A stretch of DNA of 32,000 nucleotides from positions 7,971-39,970 of the forward strand of contig CANQYS010000012.1 in assembly GCA_947628115.1 (NCBI GenBank), written 5' to 3'. The position numbers were made by a program, and so were the translations under genes. A model generated the notes under the pieces. The model was not told the DNA's origin, did not search any database, and saw nothing but the letters and a program-made list of their open reading frames with translations. Shown one piece after another: positions 10,990 through 19,647 of the stretch; position 1 is the first letter of the stretch, and every line of letters starts with the position of its first letter. The DNA comes from an uncultured Clostridia bacterium (GTDB taxonomy: Bacteria; Bacillota; Clostridia; TANB77; CAG-508).

Positions 10990-12204
10990 ATGAATATATT
11001 AACAGCACTAATAAATCCAAATATAAATAAAAAATTAAAAGAAAAAACAAATTATAATATTATAGGAAATGATATTCAATATCAAGATGGAATTATTGAA
11101 ATGTTGGAAAAAAATGAAAAAATAAATTTAGTAATAATTAGTGAATTGTTACCAGGCGAGTATAGTTTTAAAGAATTAATTAATAAAATAAAAAATATAA
11201 ATAATGAAATAGAAATAATAGTAATATTAAAAGAAAAAAATGATGAAATAAAAAACTATTTAATTTCAATTGGAATATTTAATATTTTTATAAATAATGA
11301 AATAACAATAGAAGATTTAATAAAAATAATTGGTGAAAAAAATAATATAAAAAAAGAAATAGAAATAAATGAAGAAATAAAACAATTAAAAAAAATAATT
11401 TTAGAAAAAAATAAAAAAAATATTAAAATAAAATTATTTAATAAAAATAATTATAAAAAAATAAAAAATATTTTTAATAAATATACAAATAAAAATAAAT
11501 TATTAAAAAATAAAAAAATATTAAATAAAAAAATAATTAGTGTTATTGGAGCAGGAGGAGTAGGTAAAAGTTCTTTTTGTACAATATTTGCAAAAGTAAT
11601 TAAAAATAAAAAAATATTAATAATTGATTTTGATATTTTAAATAGTAGTATTAATTCTATATTTGGAATAAAAAAGATTAATCAAAAAAATAATAAAGAA
11701 AATATAAATAAATTAATAAAAAGAGTAAATAAAAATATAGATATATTATGTGCAACAAAAATATTAATAGATGAGCAATATAAAAAGATTAAAAAAGAAT
11801 TTTCCAACATATTGGACAAATTAAAAAACAATTATGATTTAATAATTATTGATAATTCCTCAGAATGTTTTTTTGAATATACAAAAGAAATATTAAAAAA
11901 ATCTGATTTTATTTTATTCCTAGTTGAACCAAATTTAATAGAATTAAAAAAGAGTAGAAATTTATTAGATATTTATATTAATAAATGGAAAATAGAAAAA
12001 GAAAAATTTAATATTATTTTTAATAAAATAAATATTAATTCAATAGATGATAAAATATTAAAAACTATATTTTCTGATTTTAATATTTTAGGAAAATTAA
12101 AAATAAATATTAATTATAATTTAATTATAAATAAAAATATAAAAAATATAAATAAAAAAATAAAAAATGAATATTTAAAAATAATAAAAAAATGTAATTT
12201 ATAA
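10990..12204 (+). CDS. TadZ/CpaE-like protein: N-terminal receiver-like domain plus MinD/ParA-family P-loop domain
   Basis: The N-terminal ~115 aa have an alternating beta/alpha pattern (LVIISELLPGEYSFKELINKIK, IIVIL). The C-terminal half has VIGAGGVGKSSFCTIFA (a deviant Walker A lacking the signature Lys), IIDFD and LIIIDNSS. The protein is extremely K/N/I-rich. Confidence 0.55.
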   Translation: MNILTALINPNINKKLKEKTNYNIIGNDIQYQDGIIEMLEKNEKINLVIISELLPGEYSFKELINKIKNINNEIEIIVILKEKNDEIKNYLISIGIFNIFINNEITIEDLIKIIGEKNNIKKEIEINEEIKQLKKIILEKNKKNIKIKLFNKNNYKKIKNIFNKYTNKNKLLKNKKILNKKIISVIGAGGVGKSSFCTIFAKVIKNKKILIIDFDILNSSINSIFGIKKINQKNNKENINKLIKRVNKNIDILCATKILIDEQYKKIKKEFSNILDKLKNNYDLIIIDNSSECFFEYTKEILKKSDFILFLVEPNLIELKKSRNLLDIYINKWKIEKEKFNIIFNKININSIDDKILKTIFSDFNILGKLKININYNLIINKNIKNINKKIKNEYLKIIKKCNL

Positions 12205-12292
12205 AAATAATTTTTTAATTATAATAATTAAAAAATTAAACATAAAATTTAAATTAAATGTTAAAAAAATAAATATAATAGGAGGTAATAAA

Positions 12293-13027
12293 ATGGATAA
12301 TAATCAATTAGAAATAGAAAATAATATTAATTTAGAAAATAATAATTTACAAGAAGTTACTTTAGAAAAACAAAAAAATTTTTTAGAGACTAGTTTGGGA
12401 CAAGTAATAAATGGTGGAGTAAATTTAGGTTTAAGAGCAATTCTCCCAGATTTAATAGAAGATGAAGTAATAGAAATAAAAGATAGTATAATAACAGATG
12501 GATTTAAAGCTGGAATAAAGACAGCAATAGATAATGTAGTAGATTTAGGAAAGAGTGTTTTAGGAATTTTTACAGGAAAATTTGAAAATATGTCTCAAGT
12601 AAAAGATGTAATAAAAAAAGGAGGATTAATAGATTCAGTTTCTGATGTATTAGATTGGGGAATAAATAAAGCAAAAAATAAAGATTTAATAAGTAATAAT
12701 ACAGCAAATATAATAAAAAAAGGAAAAAATACAATTTTAAATACGGTTAATAATAATATAGAAAATAATATGACTTCACAAATTGAATCTATCGAAAAAA
12801 TAGATAAATACATATCAAATTGGAATGAATATTATAATAATCAAGACTTTTCTAATATGGATAAACAATTTAAAAAAATAGAAAGAGAACTAACAACTAT
12901 AATGCCATTAGAAAATGTTATAACAAAAGCAAGAGTAGTAGAAAACTTGCATAATTTAATAAAAAATAATGGGAAAAATTTCAATCTTTCAAATGAGGAA
13001 ATTGAACTTGCAAATAAATTAGTTTAA
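12293..13027 (+). CDS. Hypothetical protein (no signal peptide or TM segment recognised)
   Basis: 244-aa ORF with strong RBS TAGGAGG. I recognised no family. Confidence 0.5.
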   Translation: MDNNQLEIENNINLENNNLQEVTLEKQKNFLETSLGQVINGGVNLGLRAILPDLIEDEVIEIKDSIITDGFKAGIKTAIDNVVDLGKSVLGIFTGKFENMSQVKDVIKKGGLIDSVSDVLDWGINKAKNKDLISNNTANIIKKGKNTILNTVNNNIENNMTSQIESIEKIDKYISNWNEYYNNQDFSNMDKQFKKIERELTTIMPLENVITKARVVENLHNLIKNNGKNFNLSNEEIELANKLV

Positions 13028-13075
13028 ATCTTGCCAAAAAAGAAAAAAAGATTATAATAAAAGAAGGGGGTCTTT

Positions 13076-13318
13076 ATGAATTTTTATATTATAAAATCTG
13101 TAAAACCATTAGACAATTTAGTTATAGAGATTACATTTGCAAATGGAACAAAAAAAGAATATGATGTAAAACCACTTATGCAAAGATGGGAAGTTTTTAA
13201 GGAATTACAAAATATAGAGTTATTTAACAAGGTAAAAGTTGATGTTGGTGGATACGGAATTGTTTGGAATGAAAACATAGATTTATCAAGTGAAGAAATC
13301 TGTAATAATGGATATTAA
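13076..13318 (+). CDS. DUF2442-family small protein
   Basis: 80 aa. IKSVKPLDNLVIEITFANGTKKEYDV...VGGYGIVWNENIDLSSEEI fits the DUF2442 pattern. RBS GAAGGGGG. Confidence 0.65.
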   Translation: MNFYIIKSVKPLDNLVIEITFANGTKKEYDVKPLMQRWEVFKELQNIELFNKVKVDVGGYGIVWNENIDLSSEEICNNGY

Positions 13319-13326
13319 TATAAAGT

Positions 13327-13352
13327 AAAAAAGCTGTGTAAGCAGCTTTTTT
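13327..13352. terminator. Bidirectional terminator between DUF2442 and a convergent small ORF
   Basis: AAAAAAGCTG tgtaag CAGCTTTTTT: a 10-bp stem flanked by an A-run and a T-run. Confidence 0.75.
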
Positions 13353-13366
13353 ACTTTATATTAGCC

Positions 13367-13531
13367 TTATTTTTTAAATACCTTCCGTGCAGAAAAGCCA
13401 TCTTCGTTATCTGATACAGAAATACCATTAATAGGAATCCAACCATCCTTTTTGAGATGTTCTGAAAGAAGTTTAATGGACGAAAGGACCTGTTTGAGAC
13501 TAACATCAGTTACGAAAATAGTTAAATACAT
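13367..13531 (-). CDS. Small hypothetical protein (54 aa in the 0 frame; 59 aa ending at 13351 if the CGG at 13387-13385 shifts +1)
   Basis: ATG at 13531-13529 with AAGGAG 10 nt upstream. Sequence MYLTIFVTDVSLKQVLSSIKLLSEHLKKDGWIPINGISVSDNEDGFSA, then CGG. It is below the track cutoff. Confidence 0.4.
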   Translation of the reverse strand: MYLTIFVTDVSLKQVLSSIKLLSEHLKKDGWIPINGISVSDNEDGFSARKVFKK

Positions 13532-13695
13532 TTAAGCAACACTCCTTATAATTATAATATGAGTAATTCCATCTTACACTAGAATCAAAAAAGTGTAAAA
13601 ATATTATACTACAAAATTATGTAAAATACAATAAGAATTTATATTATTAATATTAACAGAAGGCATATTTCCCTAAGTTTTTTTACATTTTTTTC

Positions 13696-13724
13696 TTGCA
13701 TATTCAAATTTGTTAATATATAAT
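13696..13724 (+). promoter_or_regulatory. Sigma-A-like promoter for gyrA
   Basis: TTGCAT (13696-13701), 17-nt spacer, TATAAT (13719-13724). Confidence 0.55.
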
Positions 13725-13762
13725 ATGAAAAGATGAAAAAATAGAGAAAAGAGGTTTAAATA

Positions 13763-16195
13763 ATGGATAAGGCAGAAGAAAATATAATTAGAAGAGACAT
13801 TGAAAATGAAATGAAAACAGCATATATAGATTATGCAATGAGTGTAATTGTAGCACGTGCACTCCCAGATGTTAGAGATGGTTTAAAACCTGTACATAGA
13901 AGAATTTTGTATACTATGCATGAAGATGGATTTACACCTGATAAACCATATAGAAAATGTGCAACAACAGTTGGAGATGTTTTAGGAAGATACCATCCAC
14001 ATGGTGATGCATCTGTATATGATGCTTTAGTTAGAATGGCTCAAGATTTTTCTTTAAGATACATGATGATTGATGGACATGGTAATTTTGGCTCAGTTGA
14101 TGGTGACCCACCTGCTGCATATCGTTATACAGAAGCAAGAATGTCAAAAATTGCTTTAAATATGCTTACAGATATAGAAAAAAACACAGTAGACTTTATG
14201 CCTAACTTTGATGATAGATTACAAGAACCAATTGTATTACCTGCAAAAATACCTGCATTACTTGTTAATGGTTCATCTGGTATTGCAGTTGGTATGGCAA
14301 CAAATATCCCACCACATAATTTAACAGAGGTTATAAATGGAATAATTAAAATAATTGATGAAGATGATGTTACAAACGAAGATTTAATGAGCGTAATAAA
14401 AGGACCAGATTTTCCTACAGGAGCAACGATTTTAGGTAGAGAAGGTATAAAAGAAGCATATACAACAGGAAGAGGAAAAATAACATTAAGAGCAGAAGCT
14501 GAAATAGAAGAAATGAGCGGAAATAAACAAAGAATAATAGTTTCTTCACTTCCATATCAAGTAAACAAAGCAAAACTAATTGAACATATAGCAGATTTAG
14601 TAAAGGAAAAAAGAATAGAAGGAATTTCTGCAATACGTGATGAATCAGATAGAGAAGAAAAAGTAAGAATTGTTATAGAATTAAAAAGAGATGCAAATCC
14701 TCAAGTAGTTCTAAACCAATTATATAAAAATACACAAATGCAAGATACATTTGGTATAATTATGCTTGCATTAGTAGATGGAAAGCCTGAAATTTTAACA
14801 CTAAAAGAATGTTTAGAACATTATATAGAACATAGAAAGAGCGTTGTTTTAAGAAGAACAAAATTTGAACTTGATAAAGCAGAAGCAAGAGCTCATATAT
14901 TAGAAGGTTTAAAAATAGCATTAGATAATATAGATGAAGTAATTGCGATTATTAGAGCAGCATATGATGATGCAAAAGAAAGATTAATGGAGAGATTTGG
15001 TTTATCAGAAATACAAGCACAGGCAATACTAGATATGAGATTAAAAACATTATCAGGTTTGCAAAGAGAAAAAATAGAAGAAGAATATAACGAATTGATG
15101 AAATTAATTGCACATTTAAAAGAAATTTTAGCTAGTGAAACATTAGTATATGGAATTATAAAAGATGAACTTATAGAAATAAGAGATAAATTTGGAGACG
15201 AAAGATTAACAAAAATAGTAGCAGCAGAAGGAGAATTTGATGTTGAGGATCTAATTAAAGAAGAACAATCTGTAATAGCCCTAACACATTTTGGATATAT
15301 AAAACGTATGCCAATAGATACATATAGAAGCCAAAAAAGAGGAGGAAAGGGAATTACAGGTATTGCTACAAGAGAGGAAGATTTTGTAAAGCAAATATTT
15401 ACAGCATCTACTCATGATACAATACTATTCTTTAGTAATAAAGGAAAATTATATAAATTAAGAGGATACGAAATCCCAGAAGCGGGAAGAACTGCAAGAG
15501 GAACAGCTATTGTTAATTTATTAAGTTTAGATTCTGGAGAAAAAATATCTGCAGTAATACCAATACAAAATTTTGCCGAAGGAAAATATTTATTATTTGC
15601 AACAAGGGAAGGAATTATAAAGAAAACAGCACTTAGTGAATATAATTCTGCCAGAAAAACAGGACTTTTATCTATAACATTAAAAGGTGAAGATGAATTA
15701 ATAGATGTAAGATTAACAGATGGAGAAGATAATGTAGTATTAGTTACAAAAGAAGGAATGGCCATTACATTTGATGAAAAAGATGTAAGACCAATGGGAA
15801 GAGTATCTCAAGGCGTAATTGGAATTAGATTAAATAAAGATGATTATGTAATTGGAATGGAATCTATTATAGCTAGTTCAAAAGCAACATTACTTGCAAT
15901 TACAGAAAATGGATTTGGAAAAAGAACTGAACTTGATGAATATAGAGTACAAACAAGAGGAGGAAAAGGTGTAATAACATATAAAGTAACACCTAAAACT
16001 GGTTGTATAGTAGGAATTAGAATTGTAGAAGAATCTGATGATGTAATGTTAATAACAGATACAGGAACAATAATAAGAATAAATGTTTCGGAAATAAGTG
16101 TGCTTGGAAGGTCAACACAAGGAGTTACCTTAATGAGAACAAATGAAGGAAAAGTTGTAAGCATAGAAAAAATTTCTGAAAAAGAAGAAGAGTAA
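13763..16195 (+). CDS. gyrA: DNA gyrase subunit A
   Basis: Motifs [46 protein letters not shown] and the active-site region [10 protein letters not shown], plus C-terminal beta-pinwheel repeats. Confidence 0.97.
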   Translation: MDKAEENIIRRDIENEMKTAYIDYAMSVIVARALPDVRDGLKPVHRRILYTMHEDGFTPDKPYRKCATTVGDVLGRYHPHGDASVYDALVRMAQDFSLRYMMIDGHGNFGSVDGDPPAAYRYTEARMSKIALNMLTDIEKNTVDFMPNFDDRLQEPIVLPAKIPALLVNGSSGIAVGMATNIPPHNLTEVINGIIKIIDEDDVTNEDLMSVIKGPDFPTGATILGREGIKEAYTTGRGKITLRAEAEIEEMSGNKQRIIVSSLPYQVNKAKLIEHIADLVKEKRIEGISAIRDESDREEKVRIVIELKRDANPQVVLNQLYKNTQMQDTFGIIMLALVDGKPEILTLKECLEHYIEHRKSVVLRRTKFELDKAEARAHILEGLKIALDNIDEVIAIIRAAYDDAKERLMERFGLSEIQAQAILDMRLKTLSGLQREKIEEEYNELMKLIAHLKEILASETLVYGIIKDELIEIRDKFGDERLTKIVAAEGEFDVEDLIKEEQSVIALTHFGYIKRMPIDTYRSQKRGGKGITGIATREEDFVKQIFTASTHDTILFFSNKGKLYKLRGYEIPEAGRTARGTAIVNLLSLDSGEKISAVIPIQNFAEGKYLLFATREGIIKKTALSEYNSARKTGLLSITLKGEDELIDVRLTDGEDNVVLVTKEGMAITFDEKDVRPMGRVSQGVIGIRLNKDDYVIGMESIIASSKATLLAITENGFGKRTELDEYRVQTRGGKGVITYKVTPKTGCIVGIRIVEESDDVMLITDTGTIIRINVSEISVLGRSTQGVTLMRTNEGKVVSIEKISEKEEE

Positions 16196-16214
16196 AAAAA
16201 TCTTACGGAAATAC

Positions 16215-16497
16215 TTGATTTACTTAAAAAAATATGATAATATCTTATACAAATTAAAAAACAAAGAAAAGGACAACACAAACAAAGTAAAACTAACAGA
16301 GAGCTAGATGTATGCTGAAATTCTAGTAAGATAATAATTTGTTTGTTATCACCTTGGAGTTGCTTAGGATGAAATTAAAAGTAAGCTAAGTCGTAAATCT
16401 GCGTTAAAGATATTAGAGATGTACAAATTAAATTGTATAAATTAGGTGGTACCGCGTTTTTTAAAATCGTCCTATAACAGGGCGATTTGTTTTTTTC
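16215..16497 (+). promoter_or_regulatory. T-box riboswitch leader of ileS, with promoter and intrinsic terminator
   Basis: Promoter TTGATT (16215-16220), 17 nt, TAATAT (16238-16243). AGAGAG stem I element near 16299. Candidate Ile specifier AUC at 16348-16350, followed by A. Conserved T-box AAATTAGGTGGTACCGCG at 16439-16456. Terminator AATCGTCCT/AGGGCGATT (16465-16487) plus a T-run. Confidence 0.8.
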
Positions 16498-16600
16498 CTT
16501 TTTCGGACGGACTAATTTTAGTCTTTTTTTCGAAATGAATTGATTTCTTTGCAAAAAGAAGAGAAAGTCTAAAATTAGTCCGTCCGAAAAAGGAAAAAAG
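16491..16600. repeat. Long inverted repeat (31 perfect bp, about 34 with one mismatch) between the T-box terminator and the ileS RBS
   Basis: TTTTTTCCTTTTTCGGACGGACTAATTTTAG(T)CT at 16491-16524 pairs with AG(T)CTAAAATTAGTCCGTCCGAAAAAGGAAAAAA at 16567-16600. The loop is 42 nt. Confidence 0.9.
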
Positions 16601-16616
16601 AAAGGGAGGAAGAAAT

Positions 16617-19391
16617 ATGTGTGAAGAAAAAAAGGATTATGGAAAAACTTTAAATTTACCAAATACAGATTTCCCAATGAGAGCAAGCTTACCGGAGAGA
16701 GAACCAGAAATTGGAAAGGAAGTTTTTGAAAACGATTTATACGAGAAAATATTAGAAAAAAATAAGGGACATAAAAGTTTTGTATTACATGATGGACCTC
16801 CATATGCCAATGGAGAAATTCATATAGGTCATGCTTTAAATAAAATATTAAAAGATACTATTGTAAGGTATAAAGCATTAAAAGGATATTACACTCCTTA
16901 TGTTCCAGGATTTGATACACATGGTATGCCAACAGAGAAAAAGGCAATTGAGAAATTAGGATTAGATAGAAATAAAATACCTGTATCGGAATTTAGGAAT
17001 ACCTGTTTAAAATTTACAAAAAATTATAAAGATAAACAGATAGAAGGATTTAAAAGAGTAGGTGTTTTAGGAGATTGGAAAGATCCTTATATTACATATG
17101 AACCACGTTCAGAAGCAAGGCAACTTGGCGTTTTTTATGATATGTATAAAAAAGGATATTTGTATAAAGGGTTAAAACCTGTATATTGGTGTACTGATTG
17201 TGAGACAGCACTTGCAGAAGCAGAAATAGAATATCAAGATGTTGATACAATGTCAATATATGTTAAATTTCCTGTAATTGATAGCAAAAATAAATTTAAT
17301 AAAGAAAATACATATTTTGTAATATGGACTACAACACCTTGGACATTACCAGGAAATGTAGGAATTACAATAGGTGGAGATTTTGAATATTCAATAGTAA
17401 AAACAGAAAACGAGAATTTAATAATAGCTACAGAATTAGTAGATAATGTAATGAAAGAATCTGGAATAGAAAAGTATGAAATAATAAAAACTATAATTGG
17501 AACAGAATTAGAAGGAGTTCTTTGTAAACATCCATTTTTAGATAGGGAATCAAGAGTTGTTTTAGGAAGTGACGATACAATTGCTGTAGATTTAGGAACT
17601 GGTACAGGAGCTGTTCATACTGCACCTGGATATGGTAAAGAAGACTATTTATGCGGATTAAAAAATGGATTAGAAATAGTTGTAACAGTAGACGGAAAAG
17701 GTTATCAAACAGAAGGTGCTGGAGTTTTTGCAGGGCTTAAATATGATGAATCTAATAATAAAATTATAGAATGGTTAGAAGAAAATAAATATTTATTGCA
17801 TAAACAAAAATTAAATCACTCATATCCACATTGTTGGAGATGTAAAAATCCAATTATATTTAGAGCAACAGAGCAATGGTTTTGTTCTGTAGATAAATTT
17901 AAAGATGAAGCAATTAAAGCTGCAGAAACAGTAAAATGGATTCCAAGTTGGGGATTAGATCGAATTTCTAATATGATTAAAGAAAGAGCAGATTGGTGTA
18001 TTTCAAGACAACGTACTTGGGGAGTTCCACTTCCAATATATTATTGTAAAGATTGCGGAAAAGAATATATAACAGAACAATCTATAGAAAAATTAAAGAA
18101 AATTTTTAAAGAAAAGGGTTCAAATGCTTGGTGGGACTTAGAAACAAAAGAATTAATGCCAGAGAATGCACAATGTGAAAAGTGTGGTTGCACAGAATTT
18201 GTAAAAGAAAAAGATATAATGGATGTTTGGTTCGATTCTGGTTCTACACACCAAAGTGTATTAGTAGATAGAGGACTTCCATATCCTGCAGATTTATATT
18301 TAGAAGGTGCGGATCAATATAGAGGTTGGTTCCAATCTTCACTTTTAACATCTGTTGCAACTAATGGAATAGCACCATTTAAACAAGTTTTAACACATGG
18401 CTGGACAGTTGATGGTCAAGGAAAGAAAATGTCAAAAAGTTTAGGAAATGGAATAAGCCCACAAGAAATTATTAAAGAGTATGGAGCAGATATACTAAGG
18501 TTATGGGTACTTTCCTCAGATTACCAATCAGATGTAAGTTTATCTAGGGATATATTAAAACAAATAACAGAAGTTTATAGGAAAGTAAGAAATACGGCAA
18601 GATATATTTTAGGAAACACATCAGATTTTAATCCAGATACAGACATGGTAGAGTATGATGATTTAGAAGAAATAGATAAATACGCATTGTTAAAATTAAA
18701 TGACTTAGTAAAAAAATGCACAGAAAGTTACGATAGGTATGATTTTCATGAAGCATATCAAGCAATAAATGTATTTTGCGTAACAGATATGAGTAGTTTT
18801 TATTTAGATATTATAAAAGATAGATTATATACATCAAAAGTAGAATCTAAACAAAGAAGAGCAGCACAAACTGCAATGTATATAATTTTAGATTCATTAG
18901 TAAAAATGCTTGCACCACTTACATGCTTTACAGCAGAAGAAATATGGAAATATATGCCAAAATCAAAAAAAGAAACAGTTGATAGTGTTATGCTTACAGA
19001 TTATCCGACTATTAATGAAAAATATGAAAATAATGAACTTAGAAGCAAATGGGAAAAAATAACACAAATTAAAGAAATTGTTTCTAAAAAATTGGAAGAG
19101 GCAAGAGCAGAAAAAATAATTGGACATTCACTAAATGCAAAAGTAATTCTTTATGCAGAAGATAATTTATATGATTTTATAAAAGAAAACTTAGAACTAT
19201 TACAAACAGTATTTATTGTTTCTGGATTAGAAGTAGAAAGAAATCAAAGAACTGATGAAGTAAAATTAGGAGTAAAAATAGAACAGGCAGATGGAGAAAA
19301 ATGTGAAAGATGTTGGATGTATTCTACTACTGTTGGAGAAGATAAAGAAAATCCTACAATTTGTCATAAATGTAGTGAGGCAATAAAATAA
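16617..19391 (+). CDS. ileS: Isoleucine--tRNA ligase
   Basis: 924 aa. HIGH motif PPYANGEIHIGHALNK, KMSKS motif GKKMSKSLGNG, and a C-terminal zinc finger CERCW...CHKC. RBS AGGGAGGA. Confidence 0.97.
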   Translation: MCEEKKDYGKTLNLPNTDFPMRASLPEREPEIGKEVFENDLYEKILEKNKGHKSFVLHDGPPYANGEIHIGHALNKILKDTIVRYKALKGYYTPYVPGFDTHGMPTEKKAIEKLGLDRNKIPVSEFRNTCLKFTKNYKDKQIEGFKRVGVLGDWKDPYITYEPRSEARQLGVFYDMYKKGYLYKGLKPVYWCTDCETALAEAEIEYQDVDTMSIYVKFPVIDSKNKFNKENTYFVIWTTTPWTLPGNVGITIGGDFEYSIVKTENENLIIATELVDNVMKESGIEKYEIIKTIIGTELEGVLCKHPFLDRESRVVLGSDDTIAVDLGTGTGAVHTAPGYGKEDYLCGLKNGLEIVVTVDGKGYQTEGAGVFAGLKYDESNNKIIEWLEENKYLLHKQKLNHSYPHCWRCKNPIIFRATEQWFCSVDKFKDEAIKAAETVKWIPSWGLDRISNMIKERADWCISRQRTWGVPLPIYYCKDCGKEYITEQSIEKLKKIFKEKGSNAWWDLETKELMPENAQCEKCGCTEFVKEKDIMDVWFDSGSTHQSVLVDRGLPYPADLYLEGADQYRGWFQSSLLTSVATNGIAPFKQVLTHGWTVDGQGKKMSKSLGNGISPQEIIKEYGADILRLWVLSSDYQSDVSLSRDILKQITEVYRKVRNTARYILGNTSDFNPDTDMVEYDDLEEIDKYALLKLNDLVKKCTESYDRYDFHEAYQAINVFCVTDMSSFYLDIIKDRLYTSKVESKQRRAAQTAMYIILDSLVKMLAPLTCFTAEEIWKYMPKSKKETVDSVMLTDYPTINEKYENNELRSKWEKITQIKEIVSKKLEEARAEKIIGHSLNAKVILYAEDNLYDFIKENLELLQTVFIVSGLEVERNQRTDEVKLGVKIEQADGEKCERCWMYSTTVGEDKENPTICHKCSEAIK

Positions 19392-19398
19392 AATTAAA

Positions 19399-19438
19399 AA
19401 AGCTAAAATAATAATCTAAAAATTATTATTTTAGCTTT
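19399..19438. terminator. ileS terminator
   Basis: 17-bp perfect stem AAAGCTAAAATAATAAT / ATTATTATTTTAGCTTT with a 6-nt loop. Confidence 0.75.
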
Positions 19439-19448
19439 AATCTTATTG

Positions 19449-19498
19449 TATATTTCGCATTTGCTCCAAAGACTGACCTAGCGAAATGCCTTTCTTAT
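19449..19498. repeat. 50-bp direct repeat, copy 1 (intergenic)
   Basis: TATATTTCGCATTTGCTCCAAAGACTGACCTAGCGAAATGCCTTTCTTAT is identical to 19598-19647, at an offset of 149 bp. Confidence 0.9.
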
Positions 19499-19597
19499 TG
19501 TATAGGAAAAATCGACTTTTATCTTGACCCTATATAAGATTTTTCCGTATACAACAAGGTTAGGCATCCTAAATACGCCCGAGCGAAGCGAGTGGCA

Positions 19598-19647
19598 TAT
19601 ATTTCGCATTTGCTCCAAAGACTGACCTAGCGAAATGCCTTTCTTAT
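19598..19647. repeat. 50-bp direct repeat, copy 2 (contains the last 21 nt, including the stop, of the dnaI-like gene)
   Basis: Identical to 19449-19498. 19627-19647 encodes ...RKAFR* on the minus strand. Confidence 0.9.

Larger units (their letters stand above)
7211..13560. other. Accessory block inserted between gyrB and gyrA (LRR protein, VirB4-like, TadZ-like, unknown, DUF2442, small ORF)
   Basis: gyrB and gyrA are normally adjacent in this gene neighbourhood, but here they are about 6.5 kb apart. The intervening genes are non-housekeeping and T4SS-related. I recognised no integrase or flanking direct repeat. Confidence 0.5.

Noticed and set aside
11340-12200. Highly repetitive A/T-rich sequence (aaaaataaa-type) as a possible tandem repeat or CRISPR-like array
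   Set aside because: It is in-frame low-complexity K/N/I-rich coding sequence of the TadZ-like gene. There is no regular repeat-spacer periodicity, and I saw no CRISPR array anywhere in the window.
15412-16281. Minus-strand ORFs 15412-15765 and 15844-16281. The same applies to other antisense or overlapping track ORFs: 13-198, 3181-3866, 4217-4462, 4946-5411, 6870-7236, 8377-8571, 10715-10909, 12595-12813, 13084-13278, 14415-14633, 21195-21416, 22880-23110, 27003-27230, 30342-30903
   Set aside because: All lie opposite or out of frame within strongly supported genes. They lack an RBS and have the skewed composition typical of shadow frames in AT-rich DNA.
16375-16803. 142-aa minus-strand ORF
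   Set aside because: It lies antisense across the T-box leader, the long hairpin and the ileS 5' end. Its composition is that of a shadow ORF.
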